From: Limisphaerales bacterium
Lineage (GTDB): Bacteria > Verrucomicrobiota > Verrucomicrobiia > Limisphaerales > JAJOIW01
Assembly: GCA_965657355.1 (NCBI GenBank)
Contig: CBFHOE010000010.1
Location: 32,001-96,000, forward strand
DNA: 64,000 nt
Direction: 5' to 3'
Both the position numbers and the translations under genes were made by a program. Within the stretch, counting starts at the first letter, position 1; each line of letters opens with the position of its first letter. The notes beneath the pieces are model-generated. The model worked only from the letters and a program-made list of their open reading frames with translations. It had not been told where the DNA came from and did no database searches. Shown one piece after another: positions 61,404-64,000 of this stretch.

Positions 61404-62951
61404 CTATTTTACCATCCTCGGAATAAGTTCATCTTCATATAAAGCTTTGTAACGATCCATAACGTCCTGGAATATATAAAACTTTTCCGTACGCTTAAAT
61501 CCACTCTCCCCCATCCGCCTCATTGTTTCCACCTTACTCATGACCGAAACGATTGCAGATGCCGTTTCTTCCGGTGACATGATAGATGTTACAGCCCCGC
61601 TAGGACCTAGCGCCCTGTCCTCAGCTGTTCGCCCATAGATGATCTCTCGGCAAGCTCCTACGTCTGTCGTGACTGCAGGCAATCCTGAAGCAAAAGCCTC
61701 CAGCAAGACCAATGGAAACCCTTCAGAAATAGAGGTTAAAACAATGCAATCAATTCGTGGAAGGAAGTCTTTGACATCCTGCATACCTAAAAATTTTACA
61801 TTTTCATGAAGGTCCAGCAGGTCCATAATTTCCCTACACTCATCATAGTATTCCGGGGTTTCCTCGTAAGGCCCAGCTAGTAAAAATTCAACGTCAGGGA
61901 TTTCATCGGCGACAATACGAGCTGACCTTAATAGAGTTTTAATATCTTTTATCGGGACAATACGACCAATAAAACCAACGGTTTTACCCCGAGTTTGAGT
62001 CTCCCAGCGTTTGTGAATTAAGTTACGAGTTTCGGAAAATCGAGATGGATCGATGCCATTAGGTATAACGTCTATCTTTGATGCGTCAGCTCCAAAAGCC
62101 GTTTGGATTCTTACATTCCCGCTGAACAAGGTGGTGATGTGGTCAGCCGAATGATACGTTACAAAAGAAAGAAATTTAAAAAACTCTGCCCACGTCCGTT
62201 TTAGTTTACCCAATCCAACATCATAATCAAATTCACGCCTTCTTTCATCAAATATCCAATTGGCACGAGCTATTTCGACAATTCTCTCTTTGGTGTAAAT
62301 ACCGTGTTCTGAAAGGGCTAACTTTGCTTGGTGCTTTTGCGCGGCGTATGAGGCAATAGCTCCGGCATAGCCTGTACAGATTGTGTGGTATACCGATGCT
62401 TTTGGAACTCTTCGAAAACCTTTTAACAAATTAATCAATGGCATATGCAGAGTTCTAGTCATCCAGAAAAAATCAACAAATGAAGTGTCGCCGCCTAAAT
62501 ATTCGTAACCCTTCTCCGTCATCTCCCAAATTTCAAGATCCGTCATGAATAAGCCATGGTCCCATTCATCTATATCAGCGATAATTTTATCGAAAATTTT
62601 CCAAAATGCTCCGACTTTTGCATACGGACCATTTCCGTAATAGAAGTCATGGATACTTTGATAGACTGATCGTCTGGATTCCGTTGCTGGCTTTATTTTG
62701 TCATTGACCAAGGAGGTATCAAAATCAAACAAATTAATCTCCTCTATAACAACGACATTGCTCGGCACATCAAATTTTTTCTTTCTCTCTTCGTCGCGGC
62801 TTCCACCTAAATAAACAATACCAAACCGAACGTCAGGCATGGCTTTGATGAGCTGATCAACCCAAACAGATACACCACCTGATACATACGGGTACGTCGC
62901 TTCAAGTACAAGACAAACATCAACCGATTTTGGAGCGTAACTGTCATCCAT
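61404..62951 (-). CDS. pelF: GT4 glycosyltransferase PelF
   Basis: VCLVLEATYPYVSGGVSVWV, YHTICTGYAG, SEHGIYTKER, IPNGID, GRIVPIKDIKT, TSISEGFPLVLLEA, TDVGACRE; directly upstream of pelG. ATG at 62951 (ORF track start 62957). Confidence 0.93.
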   Translation of the reverse strand: MDDSYAPKSVDVCLVLEATYPYVSGGVSVWVDQLIKAMPDVRFGIVYLGGSRDEERKKKFDVPSNVVVIEEINLFDFDTSLVNDKIKPATESRRSVYQSIHDFYYGNGPYAKVGAFWKIFDKIIADIDEWDHGLFMTDLEIWEMTEKGYEYLGGDTSFVDFFWMTRTLHMPLINLLKGFRRVPKASVYHTICTGYAGAIASYAAQKHQAKLALSEHGIYTKERIVEIARANWIFDERRREFDYDVGLGKLKRTWAEFFKFLSFVTYHSADHITTLFSGNVRIQTAFGADASKIDVIPNGIDPSRFSETRNLIHKRWETQTRGKTVGFIGRIVPIKDIKTLLRSARIVADEIPDVEFLLAGPYEETPEYYDECREIMDLLDLHENVKFLGMQDVKDFLPRIDCIVLTSISEGFPLVLLEAFASGLPAVTTDVGACREIIYGRTAEDRALGPSGAVTSIMSPEETASAIVSVMSKVETMRRMGESGFKRTEKFYIFQDVMDRYKALYEDELIPRMVK

Positions 62952-63954
62952 GTGCAAATTCCCTCACGTCTTTTTCAGTCCAAAATTTAATTTGCTTGGC
63001 GTATTGAGCCCCCAAAATGCGATCGTTCGACATCTTAATAAGAATGGTCTTTAGCCGCTTGAAGTTTCTATTGAGATAGGCCAACTCCATTTCAGCAGGT
63101 AAAACCAACGATTGAAATCCAGGAGCCTCCCTTAAAAAGTGAAGATTTTCCTGAGCTTCCTCGGTTTTATTTAACTTTATTTGGCATTTTAACAGCACCA
63201 GCCGGGCAGCGTGATTTCCAGGATCACGCTTCAAAATCGAAACCCCTATTTGCTCAGCTCGACGGACTTGGTTCATATTGACCTCTCCCTCGTTTAATTT
63301 CATTTCAGCAAACTGGTAATAGAGATCCATTAGGTTAACAAGCTCCGGGATTTTCGCTGTTTTCCTCTCAAGCTTTGTTTCAATATCCTTTATATCAGAT
63401 TCAATCTGAGAAGCCCATCTGTGCAAAACAGCCTGGGCGTTAATACGAGTGTATTCATCACTATCTAAAACAACTCGCTTTAGGATGTTCACCGCTTTGG
63501 TTTTGTTGACAAACTCTAATGTAAGAATGGCGTTCCTTCTCCTTTCCTCCTCCGGCAGGGCCAATACTTTTACTATAGGATCTGGAAACTTATATTTTTT
63601 AATATTCTCAATATGAATTTGATGTGTCCCTTTTGAATAAACACGGATGTGCTTATCTTCCATTTCCAAACCAGAATGTGGTTTAAATAATATTCCAAAA
63701 TAGCTAATAGTGAATAGACCAACGAGTGGTAACGCGCCACAAATACCAATAACCATGGCGATAAATTGTGCCGGATGAGCACCTGAAATTGATGGAGCAA
63801 GTGGCCGAAAAAAGCAAAAAGCAAAACCGACAGCTATTAAGTGAAGCGTAATGGCAGCAATAGTCACTGAAATATGGCTGCCGTCATCGATCCAAAAAAG
63901 AACAAGTGCAAAGACATCAAGAATCGATGCCATAAAATAATTAGGCCAACGCAT
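62944..63954 (-). CDS. pelE: PelE-like membrane protein (N-terminal TM helices, HEAT/TPR-like repeats)
   Basis: N-terminal TMs with LPLVG; RRRNAIL...AVNILKRVVLDSDEYTRINA HEAT-like segment; TPR-like C-terminus; overlaps the pelF start. Confidence 0.65.
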   Translation of the reverse strand: MRWPNYFMASILDVFALVLFWIDDGSHISVTIAAITLHLIAVGFAFCFFRPLAPSISGAHPAQFIAMVIGICGALPLVGLFTISYFGILFKPHSGLEMEDKHIRVYSKGTHQIHIENIKKYKFPDPIVKVLALPEEERRRNAILTLEFVNKTKAVNILKRVVLDSDEYTRINAQAVLHRWASQIESDIKDIETKLERKTAKIPELVNLMDLYYQFAEMKLNEGEVNMNQVRRAEQIGVSILKRDPGNHAARLVLLKCQIKLNKTEEAQENLHFLREAPGFQSLVLPAEMELAYLNRNFKRLKTILIKMSNDRILGAQYAKQIKFWTEKDVREFAHG

Positions 63955-64000
63955 TTTCTCTCCTGGCTCCCATATTTTGCACTTCGATCGTAAATTGTTT
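63941..64000 (-). CDS. C-terminal fragment of the upstream gene (pelD position by synteny only)
   Basis: Frame KQFTIEVQNMGARRENALA* is open to the window edge; its stop overlaps the pelE-like start region. Confidence 0.35.
   Translation of the reverse strand, partial: KQFTIEVQNMGARRENALA

Overview
Bacterial chromosomal DNA. The gene content points to the PVC superphylum, most likely Verrucomicrobiota: two DUF1549/DUF1553 + DUF1501 cassettes, an OmcB-like DUF11 protein, scpA-scpB-pheA order and Ig-repeat proteins ending in an FFRL-type tail. About 45 CDS are supported. I found no tRNA, rRNA, CRISPR array, transposase or integrase. Housekeeping genes (manA, accA, zwf, iscA, hscB, pheA, scpAB, tig, an Mla/MCE ABC transporter) are interleaved with a large cell-envelope block (15-45 kb) centred on a 3768-aa multi-lectin surface protein. 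The 3' part of a Pel exopolysaccharide operon (pelE-like, pelF, pelG) lies at the right edge. Most notable observations: (1) three otherwise differently built secreted proteins share a ~70-aa C-terminal domain that may be an uncharacterised sorting signal; (2) the giant protein has three unassigned N-terminal repeats, nested domain insertions and a perfect (GAT)25 poly-Asp microsatellite; (3) ScpB carries a ~360-aa acidic tail ending in amphipathic helices; (4) a GAF class III cyclase has Cya2-like (guanylate cyclase-type) specificity residues; (5) two envelope genes have sigma28-like promoters and several genes have leaderless promoter geometry. All domain calls come from motif recognition by eye, not from database searches.
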